Assembly (NCBI GenBank): GCA_030390025.1
Contig: CM059432.1
Coordinates: forward strand, 15,254,001-15,318,000
Length of the DNA stretch: 64,000 bases
Direction of reading: 5' to 3'
Source: Squalus acanthias
Lineage: Eukaryota
This document shows positions 49,976 to 62,212 of the stretch, one piece after another. Below the pieces are notes generated by a model. It saw only the letters and a list, made by a program, of their open reading frames with translations, was not told the DNA's origin and searched no databases. Position 1 is the stretch's first letter, and each line of letters opens with the position of its first letter. The translations under genes and the position numbers were made by a program.

Positions 49976-50537
49976 TTTTTTTTTAAATTCATTCATGGGA
50001 TGTGGGCATCGCTGACAAGGCCAGAATTTATTGCCCATCCCTAATTGCCCTTGAGAAGGTGGTGGTGAGCCGCCTTCTTGAACTGCTGCAGTCCGTGTGG
50101 TGAAGGTACTCCCACGGGGCTGTTAGGGGGGAGTTTCAGGATTTTGACACAGCGACGTTGAAGGAACGGTGATATATTTCTAAGTCAGAATGGTGTGTAA
50201 CTTGGAGGAGAACTTGGAGCTGGTGGTGTTCCCATGCACCTGCTGCCCTTGTCCTTCTAGGTGGTAGAGGTCACGGGTTTGGGAGGTGCTGCTGAAGAAG
50301 CCTCGGCGAGTTGCTGCAGTGCATCTTGTAGATAGTACATACTGCAGCCACGGTACACCGGTGGTGGAGGGAGTGAATGTTTAAGGTGGTGGATAGGGTG
50401 CCAATCAAATGGGCTACTTTGTCCTGGATGGTGTCGAGCTTCTTGAGTGTTGTTGGAGCGGCACTCATCCAGGCAAGTGGAGAGTATTCCATCACACTCC
50501 TGACTTGTGCCTTGTAGATGGTAGAAAGGCTTTGGGG
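49976..50537 (-). mobile_element. LINE family B 3' end
   Basis: MEYSPLAWMSAAPTTLKKLDTIQ; poly-T at the left end. A plus-strand family B tail also lies at about 52310-52419. Confidence 0.9.
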
Positions 50538-52302
50538 AAATTCAAAAAGGCTAATGGAATGCTGGCCTTTATATCTAAAGGACTAGAATACAAGGGGGCA
50601 GAAGTTATGCTGCAGCTATACAAAGCCCTGGTTAGACCACACCTGGAGTACTGTGAGCAGTTCTGGGCACCACACCTTAGGAAGAATACATTGGCCTTGG
50701 AGGGAGTGCAGCGTAGATTTACCAGAAAGATACCCGGACTTCAAGGGTTAAGTTACGAGGAGAGATTACACAAATTAGGGTTGTGTTCCCTAGAATTTAG
50801 AAGGTTAAGCGGTGATCTGATCGAAGTTTTTAAGATATTAAGGGGGACAGATAGGGTAGATCGAGATAAACTATTTCCACTGGTTGGGGAGTCTAGGACT
50901 AGGGGGCATTAGTCTAAAATGTAAGGTTTCCAAAATTTGCAGATCCCCAAAACCTAAGGAAAAAGGACTTTGGAACTACCTCAGAGTGATAAAAATGCAT
51001 TTGGGCCTAAATTTAAGACCAAAAACCAAGTTTTGGCATTTTAAAAACATGTCTGGGCCTGTAAAGGGAGAAAAGGCTGTGAAGGAAGTTGGATCAACCT
51101 CTGTAAAAGCAGTTTTGGGTATTGCAGTTAATTGCAATGTCTGGGGAATCGGGATGACCTCACTCAAAGCCCCAGCAAGCATTAACATTTTGACAATAGA
51201 CCCTAGGAGAAGACAGTCCCACACAAAACAACAGGCCCCATCAAACCGTTTACAGAACCCATTAAAGACATGCATAAAGCAAATATTCTATAGAAGTCCC
51301 AGACCCAGTCAAGAAACTCAAAACATGAGGACAATTCAAACTCCGATTAAACAGCAGATCGACAGGATGGAGCTATCCTGAAACCACTTCACACATTTAC
51401 AAAACCAGTTAACACGCTAGTAAAGTCGTTACTGTTAACGAGGTCTTACAATGATTTGGTTTTGATTAAGGCCACTTCAATTTAGTATAATTGAAGGCCC
51501 ATCAAGCAGTGACAACAGTTCAAGTTCAACAGAAGGCAGTTCTGCAGTTTGGAGTTCAATTTGAAAGCCTGTTCTGCAAGAAGACAGTTACAGTTCTGCA
51601 AGAAGGCAGTTCCACAGCTCAGAAGAAGACAGTTTAAACAGAGGCAGAGTTCAACAGAAACAGTTCAACAAAGAAGGCCAACAGCTCCAGAAGCAGGCCG
51701 ACTCGCAAGAAGAAACCAGAGCGACTGCCTCAGTGACCATCGGACACCTCGCGGCAACAAGGGCCTGACGAAACTTTTTACTCAAAAGACTCTAAACCCT
51801 GACTCTCAACTGTCAAGGATTCATTTGGTGAGCATTATCCCTGGTTCTCCAGAGTCCAACCTAGCTGGTGAAGTGGGATTGGGAGGGGTGAAGTATTCTT
51901 CTAATGTTATGTCCCTCGCGTGTACCGAAGTGTTCCCCACCTTTAGAGTGTTAAGAGTGTTTGTGTTGTGTTTTACTTTCTTGAATAAAGATTGAAGTTC
52001 TTTCATCAAACTCAGTTGTCTGCTGCACCTTTGTATCACAACCCCCAAATAAGTCCAAGGTCTAGAACCAAGGGAGTGGGAGCGATTCGAACCGCTCAGA
52101 AGTCAGAGGTAAAGCTGACACAAAAACACCACCCCCTACAAAAAATTAGATCCAGACCGTTCAGGAGTGAAATTAGGAAACACTTCTACACAAAAAGGGT
52201 TGTAGAAGTTTGGAACTCTCTTCCGCAAACGGCAATTGATGCCATATCAATTGTTAATTTTAAATCGGAGATTGATAGCTTTTTGTTAACCAAAGGTATT
52301 AA
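50538..52302 (+). mobile_element. CR1 3' part split by a solo LTR
   Basis: KKANGMLAFISKGLEYK...GESRTRGH resumes as KIRSRPFRSEIRKHFYTKRVV after 52140. Confidence 0.9.
50920..52140 (+). mobile_element. Solo LTR (1221 bp)
   Basis: TGTAAGG...CCCTACA; 4-bp TSD AAAA; AATAAA 51984-51989; removing it restores the CR1 sequence. Confidence 0.87.
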
Positions 52303-52772
52303 GCGACCAGATGGACTGCAGCGGTTCAAGAAGGCAGCTCACCACCTGCTCAAGCACAATTAGGGATGGGCAATAAATGCTGGCCTTACCAGCGACGCCC
52401 GTGAATGAATTTTTAAAAATAGTCCTAGGAGAGATTCCATTCATCCTGGGTCATTGTGACCTCAACTATACACAGTCTCATTGGGACCTACCACTGAGTT
52501 CTAAAACTCCGTTGTCTCTGGACTAACACTAGCAATACAAGAGGTGCAGCCCAGAACAAATAAAATGTAACAAGCAGAGAGTAGACAGCCACGTTTTTCA
52601 AATGGTGTACGTTTCCTTCCTCCTCCCAAGGGCACTTGCCCCTACTGGTGTATAGTTTCACAGATGACAGCAACCAAACTGTAGCTTGTCTGATTGGGTA
52701 TGCATCGTAATGCACATAAGCCAGTGACTCCCAGGGCAACAGCGGCCACCCAATCATAACCTCATCCAACAG

Positions 52773-53172
52773 TTCAGAAGAATGAGAGGTGATCTCATTG
52801 AAACATAACTGAGGGGGATTGACAGGGTAGATGCTGAGAGATTGTTTCCCCTGGCTGGAGAGCCTAGAACTATGGGGGCATAGTCTCAGGATAAGGGGGC
52901 GGCCTTTTAAGACTGAGATGAGGAGGAATTTCTTCACTCAGAGGGTTGTGAATCTTTGGAATTCTCTGCCCCAAAGGGCTATGGAGGCTGAGTCGATGAG
53001 TACATTCAAGGCTGAGATCGATAGATTTTTGGACTCTCGGGAAATCAAGGGATATGGGGATAGTGCAGGAAAGTGGAGTTGAGGTCGAAGATCAGCCACG
53101 ATCTCATGGAATGGTGGAGCAGGCTCGAGGGGCCGTATGGCCTACTCCTGCTCCTAATTCTTATGTTCTTAT
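52773..53172 (+). mobile_element. CR1 3' end
   Basis: GHSLRIRGRPFKTEMRRNFFTQRVVNLWNSLP and tail. Confidence 0.9.
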
Positions 53173-54044
53173 CCTCACCAACAGACTTACCAGCAGGGGT
53201 GACTAAACAGCAATCAGGAGTGAGAATCTTGGCTGATCAAACCCGGGATTTTCTGGTCTCTATGGTTCAGTACCACACCACACAATGTATTCACTCACTA
53301 ACTCGGGAGTCCCCGAGCACAAAGCCAGTCTTCAAAATGCTCTTTTCGCAAAATCTTTGACAGAAAGGACATTCCTCCATTTATGGAGGAAAAATTATGG
53401 AAAACAACAGTTTAGTGAAAGAGGAAATGTTTTGCAAATGGAAGAAAGTTAACAAAGATTATTAAATGACAGAAATCTCATCTGGAAAATGTTTATTTAA
53501 AGGTCCGGATAAGGCACAGATCTCTGACTGAACTGCACCCTCACTAACTCTTGAAATAATGAGATATGCACGACTGACATAAAGAATGGCTCAGAAAACA
53601 CAAATGTAGCAGAAGCATAGATTAGCAGAATTTAAAGGGCAGAAATCGAGTAAATGATTCAGCTCGGCACAGATAAGAGACAATCTGATTAATTATTTAA
53701 ATCACAATCCAATTAAATAGGCTGGAATAACTAATTACTGGAAATAAATCTGTGTAAATGTTTTAAGGTGTTCAGAACTGCATTAATGATGTGAAGAAAA
53801 AGCTTGTTATCTGGTATCTGCTCCTTCTCTCACTTCTTGTCTTCTGCCGCTCTGTCCATGATAGCCTTTCTTCGCTCTCTTTTATCAGTGCTATTATGGA
53901 TATTGCTCCTTGGACCTATCTTCATTCATTCCTCCTAATCTGCAGATACACATGTCTTTCACTTCCCTGCAGCTTCATGTGTTGAAACCAAGACTCATTG
54001 TACAGTTGACTCTAGAATCTATTATTAGGGACATGGTTATTTCT

Positions 54045-54375
54045 TATGTTCTCTTATCTTATGTTTTTAAGTACAGATCCGCCATGATCTAAGTGAATGG
54101 CAGAGCAGGCTCGAGGGCTGAATGGCCACCTCCTGTTTCTATGTTCCTATGACTGTAACAGGACAGAAACAGAAACAGCTGCAAATATACGTTGCAATTT
54201 ATTCATATTATAGATAGATTTTTGGACTTTAGGGGAATCAAGGGATATGGGGATCGGGCGGGAAAATGGAGTTGAGGTCGATGATCAGCCATGATCTTAT
54301 TGAATGGCGGAGCAGGCTCGAAGGGCCATATTGGCCTACTCCTGCTCCTATTTCTTATTTCTTATGATCTTATGT
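54045..54375 (+). mobile_element. Two short CR1 3' tails
   Basis: GCCATGATCT..GAATGG..GAGCAGGCTCGA..CTCCTG..CTAT repeated twice. Confidence 0.8.
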
Positions 54376-55111
54376 GGTAACAGGGCACTTAGAAAATCAT
54401 AATATGATTAGGCAGAGTCAACATGGTTTTATGAAAGGGAAATCATGTTTGACAAATCTGTTAGAGTTTTTTGAAGATGTAACTAGTAGGATGGATAAGG
54501 GGGGGACCAGTGGATGTGGTGTATTTGGATTTTCAAAAAGCATTCGATAAGGTGCCACACCAGAGGTTATTGCACAAAATTAGGACTCATGGGATTGGGG
54601 TTAATATATTAGCATGGATTGAGGATTGGTTAATGGACAGAAACAGAGAGTAGGAAAAGACGGGACTTTTTCAGGTTGGCAGGCTGTAACTAGTAGGGTA
54701 CCACAAGGATCAGTGCTTGGGCCTCAGCTATTTACAATCTATATTAACTACTTTGATGAAGGGACTGAGTGTAACGTATCCAAGTTTCCTGATGATACAA
54801 AGCTAGGTGGGAAAGTAAGCTGTGAGGAGGACGCAAAGAGGCTGCAGAGAGATATAGACAGGTTGACTGAGTGGGCAAGAACATGGCAAATGGAATACAA
54901 TGTGGGGAAGTGTGAAGTTATCCACTTTGGTCGGAAAAGCAAAAAAGAAGAATATTTTTTGAATGGTGAGAGACTGGGAAATGTTTGCATTCAGAGGGAC
55001 CTGGGTGTCCTTGTACATGAATCACAGAAAGTTAACATGCAGGTACAGCAAGCAATTAGGAAAGGAAATGGTATGCAAGCTTTTGTTACAAAGATATTAG
55101 AATATAAGAGT

Positions 55112-56003
55112 AGGTAAAAATTCACTTGGTTGCGCCACCCGTTAGCGCCTTAAGAGGGCGCTAATGGGGCGCAAAGCCGCTAACGCCCGGGCGCAGCGAT
55201 GTTTGCGCCGCTCGAGAACTTAACTTGAGATTGTGCAGCGGCGCTAAAACTTACCGCTGCGACCACCTGCGCGCGCAGATTGTGACGTCATTCCATGGTG
55301 CAACGCCCTTGGGGCGCCCCGTAGCGGAAATTGAGTGGCGCCCCCTGCCTTACCGCCTGGCGCTTCCAACGACCAGAAGACTGGAACGCTATCAATCGCT
55401 GTGGGGCTGGGGGGGGCGCTATTTAAAAGGGGCCTCTTCCTGTCTTTTATTGTTGGTGGCATTTTTGAACTACGCATTCTGAGAGAGAGAGGGAGAGACT
55501 TCTGGAGAGATTCAACGTTGTGTGAAGGAGTTTTGGGTACTGAGCAGCACTTTGCAGGTTCATTTTGATTTGCCATTCCTTGTATCGATTTAGCAGAGAC
55601 CGTGGGAGCTGCACTCTGAGCTCTTTGCCTGGTGCTCTCCATTGTTCTTTCCAGCACATTTGATGTGCAAGTCTCTCCAGGCCGAGATTCAAGGCAGCAA
55701 TGAACAGGATGTGGATGGAAAGCAAGATTAACCATCCCCTTTAAGAACTGGCCCGTGCCATTGTGTGTGTGTTCCATTGCTGACTGACATTACATGAGCT
55801 TCGCCAGCGCTCCGAGTTAGCGCCTCACTGCTCGGCCTTTGCGCCTTAAGAGAGGTGTGCAGCGCCTGCTTTAGCGCTCCACTCACCTCCCGGGGAGGTA
55901 AAAGTGAAGTTTCCCATCAGTGCCGATAATTAGCGCCAGGCGCTAATATTTGCGTCCGGACGATATTTGCGCCCCAAATGGGGCGCGACCTAATTTCTAC
56001 CCC
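55112..56003 (+). mobile_element. Harbinger-like non-autonomous element (family of 35739-36618)
   Basis: GGTAAAAATT...AATTTCTACCCC termini; same internal segment with (GA)n. Confidence 0.87.
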
Positions 56004-56071
56004 AAGAAGTCTTACTACAATTAGACAGGGCATTGGTGAGGCCACACCTGGAGTACTGTGTACAGATCTTG

Positions 56072-56745
56072 GGGGGAAAAATTGGGTCGCGCCCCCTTTG
56101 GGGCTCTAACTTCGCTGGGGTACTACTTTTAGCGTCCCGAAAAAGTTAGCGCCCCCACACCCGAAATTCACCGGTAGCGCCCCAAGAGGGAGGCGGAGCA
56201 CTACTGGAAGCGCTCCGCCTCCCTCTTGGGGCGCTGCGAGTGAATATCGCGGCACTATGTGCCGCGGTACTGCAGGCCTTCCTCCCCTTACTAAAGGGGA
56301 GGGGCCTAGCGCAGCGCAACTCGGGGCCCAGCTGGGCCACCAGGGATCGGAGTGCCGGCAAACGAGCCCAGCACTCAAGAGAAGTGCCGGGCCCATGGAG
56401 TGCAGGTGGCCAGCAACAGAAATAGCCGCCCGGCACCTTCCCTTTAATTGGCGCCTCCCCGGTCGCAGGTAGGCCCCCCTGACCCCGTCGGACATAGCGT
56501 CCGGCGGGAAGTCAGGGGACGCTACCGAAGATCGCAGCCGGGGTGCAAGCGGGGCGCTGCGCATGGCGATGACATCATCGCCGGCAGCGCAGCACCGCAG
56601 GGCACTAACCGCCGCCGCTAACGTCCCACTGAATTTCGCGGGAGTTGTTAGTGGCGCCACGCCCAGGCGCTAGTTGCTTTGCGCCTCCCGTTAGCGCCCT
56701 CTTAGGGCGCTAACGGGAGGCGCAAATCAACTGAATTTTTCCCCC
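56072..56745 (-). mobile_element. Harbinger-like MITE, related ends, different interior
   Basis: Perfect TIR GGGGGAAAAATT/AATTTTTCCCCC; flanks TTG/CTG; 23-bp subterminal palindrome. Confidence 0.88.
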
Positions 56746-57119
56746 CTGGTCTCCTTACCTAAGGAAAGACATACTTGCCATAGAGGGAGTGCAGCGAAGG
56801 CTCACTAGACTGGTTCCTGGGATGAGGGGATTGTCCTATGAGGAGAGATTGAGTAAACTAGGCCTTTATTCCTCAGCGTTTAGAAGAATGAAAGGTGATC
56901 TAATTGAAACACATAAAATTCTTAAGGGGCTTGACAGGGTTAATGCTGGGAAATGTTTCCCCTGGCTGGGGAATCTAGAACACGGGGTCACAGTCTCAGA
57001 ATAAGGGGTCGGCCATTCAGGACTGAGATGAGGAGAAATTTCTTCACTGAGAGGGTGGTGAATCTTTGGAATTCTCTACCCCAGAGAGCTGTGGATGCTC
57101 AGTCGTTCATTATATTCTA

Positions 57120-58152
57120 CATGATGTGGAGATGCCGGCGTTGGACTGGGGTGGACAAAAATGAGAAGTCGCACAACACCAGGTTATAGTCCAACAGATT
57201 TATTTAAAATTACAAGCTTTCGGAGCTGTCGCCCCTTCCTCAGGTAGAGTTACTGTGAGACAATCTACCAGAATTCACAGAATATAAACACAGAGAAAAT
57301 GCATTCAATCTTTCCCTACATCAAAGACACACTAAGAGCACAGCCAAGACAATGAGATGTGTCCCAGGGGGTCCAACGTGTCAAAACACCTGCTGGCTGC
57401 ATATCCTCTCCATTTGGGTTTGTTTCTTGTGTTTGTTTCTTGTGTTTGTTTTTTTTAAAAAGCTGGAAAGACCGGCAACGATGTCAAGTCACGTTCTGTA
57501 TCGTGACATGAACCCGATATCCCGATTGAGGCCGTCCTCATGAGTGTGGAACTTGGCTATCAGTTTCTGCTCGATGATTTTGCGTTGTCGTGTATCCCGA
57601 AGGCCGCCTTGGAGAACGCTAACCCGCAGATCCGAGGCTGAATGCCCTTGACTGCTGAAGTCAAGGGCATTCAGCCTCGGATCTGCGGGTTAGCGTTCTC
57701 CAAGGCGGCCTTCGGGATACACGACAACGCAAAATCATCGAGCAGAAACTGATAGCCAAGTTCCACACTCATGAGGACGGCCTCAATCGGGATATCGGGT
57801 TCATGTCACGATACAGAACGTGACTTGACATCGTTGCCGGTCTTTCCAGCTTTTTAAAAAAAACAAACACAAGAAACAAACACAAGAAACAAACCCAAAT
57901 GGAGAGGATATGCAGCCAGCAGGTGTTTTGACACGTTGGACCCCCTGGGACACATCTCATTGTCTTGGCTGTGCTCTTAGTGTGTCTTTGATGTAGGGAA
58001 AGATTGAATGCATTTTCTCTGTGTTTATATTCTGTGAATTCTGGTAGATTGTCTCACAGTAACTCTACCTGAGGAAGGGGCGACAGCTCCGAAAGCTTGT
58101 AATTTTAAATAAATCTGTTGGACTATAACCTGGTGTTGTGCGACTTCTCATT
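57120..58152. mobile_element. Palindromic Penelope-like insertion (inverted 3' ends)
   Basis: 494-bp arms 57160-57653 and 57659-58152 with a 5-nt loop; each arm encodes a GIY-YIG C-terminus (GHSASDLRVSVLQ..EQKLIAKF.T..GLNRD); TSD TCATTATATTCTA. Confidence 0.9.
58066..58101 (+). ncRNA. Minimal hammerhead-like motif (mirror copy at 57211-57246, minus strand)
   Basis: UAC-CUGAGGA-A-GGGGC(GACA)GCUCC-GAAA-GCUU-GUA. Confidence 0.65.
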
Positions 58153-59214
58153 ATATTCTAGACAGAGGTTGATAAATCTTTGGGAACAAAGGGAATTAAG
58201 GGATATGGGGATAGTGCGGGAAGGTGGAGTTGAGGTAGAAGATCAGCCATGATTTTGTTGAATGGTGGAGCAAGCGCAAAGGGCCAAATGGCCGACTCCT
58301 GCTCCTATTTCTTATGTTATTATGAATCATTTTTTTCCCTCAGGACCTCAGAACTGTGGGACTACTTACATCCCTCAGTCTCCTCTTCCTCGTATAGTCT
58401 ATAGGGTTTTAAAACCTTGGCTTGACGTGATTTAACTGATATTACTGCGTACTTCGTCTTCTTCTCCTGCTCTTTTCAACCTTAATCGTGTCCTGTACGA
58501 TTGGTCTTGGCCCTGCACATAGATTTCTCAAAATAATACAGTAAACCATTTTTCCCCGCAAGTAAACTTTGAACACTCAGGATCTTTCATGCATCCCCAA
58601 TGCTCCCAGCTCAGATACTAACTAAAAATTCCTTTCACGATGGTCTTCCCCGGCCAACTTTGACCTTTCAAAGTTTTCATTTCAACTTTAAGTTCTCTTT
58701 GTTCCCGCAGTGTATTCCACTTAACCTTTTCAGTCAGAGAGACCTTACATAGCTTTGGACAACATGCATTCAGGACATTATTCATTTATGTTTCTGTTCG
58801 CATTGATGTCTTTAAATTAATAATCGTGACATTTCGTGAATAACTGGATACAAGTCAATAACTGAGCAAAGAAACTTTCAGTAATTAACAGGGACAATCA
58901 ATATCCAGAGTTACAATTTCCAGCTGGGTTTAAAGGATAGAAATCAAGTAAGTGAAGTTGTAACAATCAGGACTTAATGTATTGCGACTGTCTGGGTAAA
59001 AGCTGGATGGGAAAGGTCGTAGAAAAAGACGTTTTTAAGCTGCTTTTTCATTGTCCTTTGAAGGAATTTGTCCCCCTCATTCCCGAGCTGTGCCGCACTC
59101 ACCCAGTGACAACCCCAATGAAAACTTAATGGTTTCACAAAGACTCGCGACCATTTTTTATACCCTACCTTCACAGAAGCTGAGCTTAGTGTAACTGGAA
59201 AATTTACATTGGAG

Positions 59215-59558
59215 TTGAAAGAAAGAAAGACCTGTATTTCTATAGCGCCTTTCACGAGCACCGGACGTCCCAAAGCGCTTTACAGCCAATGAAGTACTTT
59301 TTGAAGTGTAGTCACTGTTGTAACGTAGGAAATGCAGCAGCCAATTTGCGCACAGCAAGCTCCCACAAACAGCAATGTGACAATGACCAGATAATCTGTT
59401 TTTTTGCGATGTTGATTGAGGGACAATTATTGGCCAGGACACCGGGGATAACTCCCCCTGCTCTTCTTCAAAATAGTGCCAAGGGATCTTTTACATCCAC
59501 CTGAGAGCGAGCAGGCGGGGCCTCGATTTAACATCTCATCCGAAAGACGGCACCTCCT
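59215..59558 (-). mobile_element. DeuSINE lacking its head
   Basis: Tail, Deu core and body. Confidence 0.88.
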
Positions 59559-59626
59559 CACATGCTGCTGCGTGTGTTAGGCCCATGTGTCAGGGGCCAT
59601 TCAAAGACAAACGCTGGCTGAGAAAA

Positions 59627-60095
59627 AGTTCTGATGAAGGATACACACCAAAACGTGAGCCTGCGTTGAGTATCGGAGGTTGAGGGGGTGATCTGATCGA
59701 GGGGTTTAAAATGTTAAAAGGATTTGATAGGGTGGATACGGAGAAACTATTTCCTCTGGTGGGGAGTCCAGAAGAAGGGCCATCGTCTTAAAATTAGAGC
59801 TCGATACTCAAGAGCAAAATCAGGAAGCAATTCTTCGCACAAAGGGTGGTAGAAATGTGGAACTCTCTCCTCCAAAATGTTGTGGATGCTGGGACAATTG
59901 GAGCTTTCAAGACTGAGATAGATGGACTTTTCTTGGGTACAGATACCAAGGGGTGCAGAGTTGAAGTACAGATCAGCCAAGATCTAATTGAATGTCGGAG
60001 CAGACCTGAATGGTCTACTTCTGTTCCAATGTTCTCTCTACAGATGCTAATTGACCTTTTGATTATTTCCAGCATTTTCTGTTTTGATTTCAAGT
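59627..60095 (+). mobile_element. Degraded PLE pLTR split by a CR1 3' end (about 59670-60030)
   Basis: AGTTCTGATGAAGG..AAAACGT on the left; CTCTCTACAGATGCT..ATTTCCAGCATTTTCTG on the right; CR1 motif RVVEMWNSL between them. Confidence 0.65.
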
Positions 60096-60365
60096 TTGCA
60101 TTGGGGTTGTCACTGGGGGCATAACACCCACACATCTCGAACAAACAGCAGCGGCACCCTTTGAAGGACAATGTAAGAGTAGCTTTTGTTAGTTGGGGCT
60201 GCACCAAGGATATCAGTGTTCAAAGCAACTGATTGTTTAACTTAATAATGAAATATGAAACTAACTTGTTTGAGTAAACAATTCAAAGATTAGCATTTAC
60301 CAAGATGAGACAAGCGTATTTAAGTCTGTGTTGTGTGCCTTGAATTTAAATCTTTACAATATACA

Positions 60366-60570
60366 AATGCACTCCCTGAAAGGGTCGTGGAAGCAGATTC
60401 AATAATAACTTTCAAAACTGAATAAATACATGAAGGGGAATAAATTGCAGGAGGTAGAGGGAAAGAGCAGGCGAGTGGGACTAATTGGATAGCTCTTTCA
60501 AAGAGCCGGCACATGTCTGATGGGCCGAATGGCCTCCTTCTGTGTTGTATCATTCCATGATTCTATGATA
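60366..60570 (+). mobile_element. CR1 3' tail
   Basis: AATGCACTCCCTGAAAGGG..GCAGATTCAAT..GGGCCGAATGGCCTCC. Confidence 0.82.
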
Positions 60571-62212
60571 CCCCACTTCATTCCATAATATAACTACCTT
60601 GACTGTCTGACTGACATATTGTCCCATTTAAATTGCAAGGCAGAGTAGGAAACAACTTCCTAGGAGTATGATTTGCATACGCTCAGAGGCTCTGAGCACC
60701 ACTTTAAAGCAACTGTACATGACGCGCAGTTAGTTCAACGAAAGATTTGCGACTCTGTGAATCTAGCCACAGTCTGTCGGAGGAATGGTTGGTATAAACC
60801 AGTAATAATGAAAGCACATGTTGGCTTGCAGTTGTGGACTGGCCAAGTGGAAAATCGGGAGATTTCCTGAGTGCCCTCGCGAATGGTTCCACAGTGGCTG
60901 TATTATCTGTGCCGCCCCTGTTTCCAGGAGAAACCCGAAGAATCCCACTCCCTTTTGGGGGAGTCAGCCCACCGCTGCTGGCTGACAGGACAGCTCTCCT
61001 AGCCCAATATGGAAGACCTCCGCCTAAATGCCATCACCGGCCAGGCAGTCAAAGGCACCCTGGGAAAAGCCAAGAATAGCAATGGTGCCTTTGACGGCAC
61101 TGGCAGCAGGTTGTTGATTTTACAGGACTGTCTCCAGCATCGCCCCTGCCATCAGAGGAAGCCGTGTACAGTGAACGGGGTATGAAAGGAGAAACAGTGA
61201 GTGACCCCACCAAAGAATAGAACAGGGAACATTCTAGCTTTAAAATACTGATCGCATTGCCAGTACAATTATCAAAATCTGTAAAAGATTTACTGCATAT
61301 TCATAAATCCATCTTTACAATAGTTTGGTTTATATTCATATAATTACAGGACTCCTTCACAATGACACTCACGGATATACCACGAGCCCCATTCATGGCT
61401 CCCTCATTAAACTATATTGAAATTAGACAAAACATGGTTCCCCGTTACATGATCTTCACTCTAACAGAAGTTTTGTATGGGATCAAAATACAGGGTTATA
61501 GAAGAAGATCTAATATATTTGTGCCCAGACTTCAGAGATGGTATGGATATATATTGCATGTCTCTGTTTGTTTATTTATATATGCCCAACTCCAAGTGGT
61601 CTGGAATCCATTCCTTTTACATTGGGGCAATAAATGTTGAAGCATCAGCTGCTACATCAAACACAACGGTACATGTGCAAAATTCTTCACGTCCAGTTGT
61701 TTAAGAGTCGCACTGGCCAGTGCTGGCCTGTATGGGTGGGCTGTGCACTCATCCATGGCATTGTGCAGCAGCCAGCACCGTCACTGGCAACCATGTTTCT
61801 TTGGTGCCAAAATGCACTGCGTCTTCAGCAGCCCGAGGAGTAAAAAAAAATCCTCTTGACACACGATAATCTGTGCTGCTAAAGGCGGGCCAGCCTCGTT
61901 TATACCCCACATGGCTAGCTGACTCAGGGCTGTCAGTGGCAGCATTGCGTACACAAACACTGCCAAGGTTCAGGGCCCAAGTCTAAATACAATAACAAGC
62001 TGACTTGATGACATGTGCCTGGAAAACACTGCATGCTACCTTGTACTTGTTAGGTTTGGTTCTGGGTGGCTCAGGGCTGACATTATGATTCATAATAGTG
62101 TGACGGTGGAACTCGTTGCAGCTTTACCCAAGCAGGTACTTTATTTTACCTTGTAGTACAACTTGCTGCAAAGTGCTTCTCTTTCTATTTCTTGGGGTTG
62201 GCATTACTTATT

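Larger units (their letters stand above)
54376..58325 (+). mobile_element. One CR1 copy (RT to 3' end) in four pieces
   Basis: SQHGFMKGKSC, VPQGSVLGP, PDDTKLGG; pieces 54376-55111, 56004-56071, 56746-57119 and 58161-58325 are collinear. Confidence 0.92.

Noticed and set aside
50884..51995. 165-aa and 148-aa ORFs
   Set aside because: They lie almost entirely inside a solo LTR, partly in a low-complexity tract, with no recognisable domain.
49976..52419. Single inverted family B element bracketing the CR1
   Set aside because: The two tails point outward, but I found no TSD or continuous flank, so independent insertions are simpler.
57352..57960. Two identical 63-aa ORFs on opposite strands
   Set aside because: A by-product of the palindrome; each is antisense to the PLE 3' end. 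Not genes.
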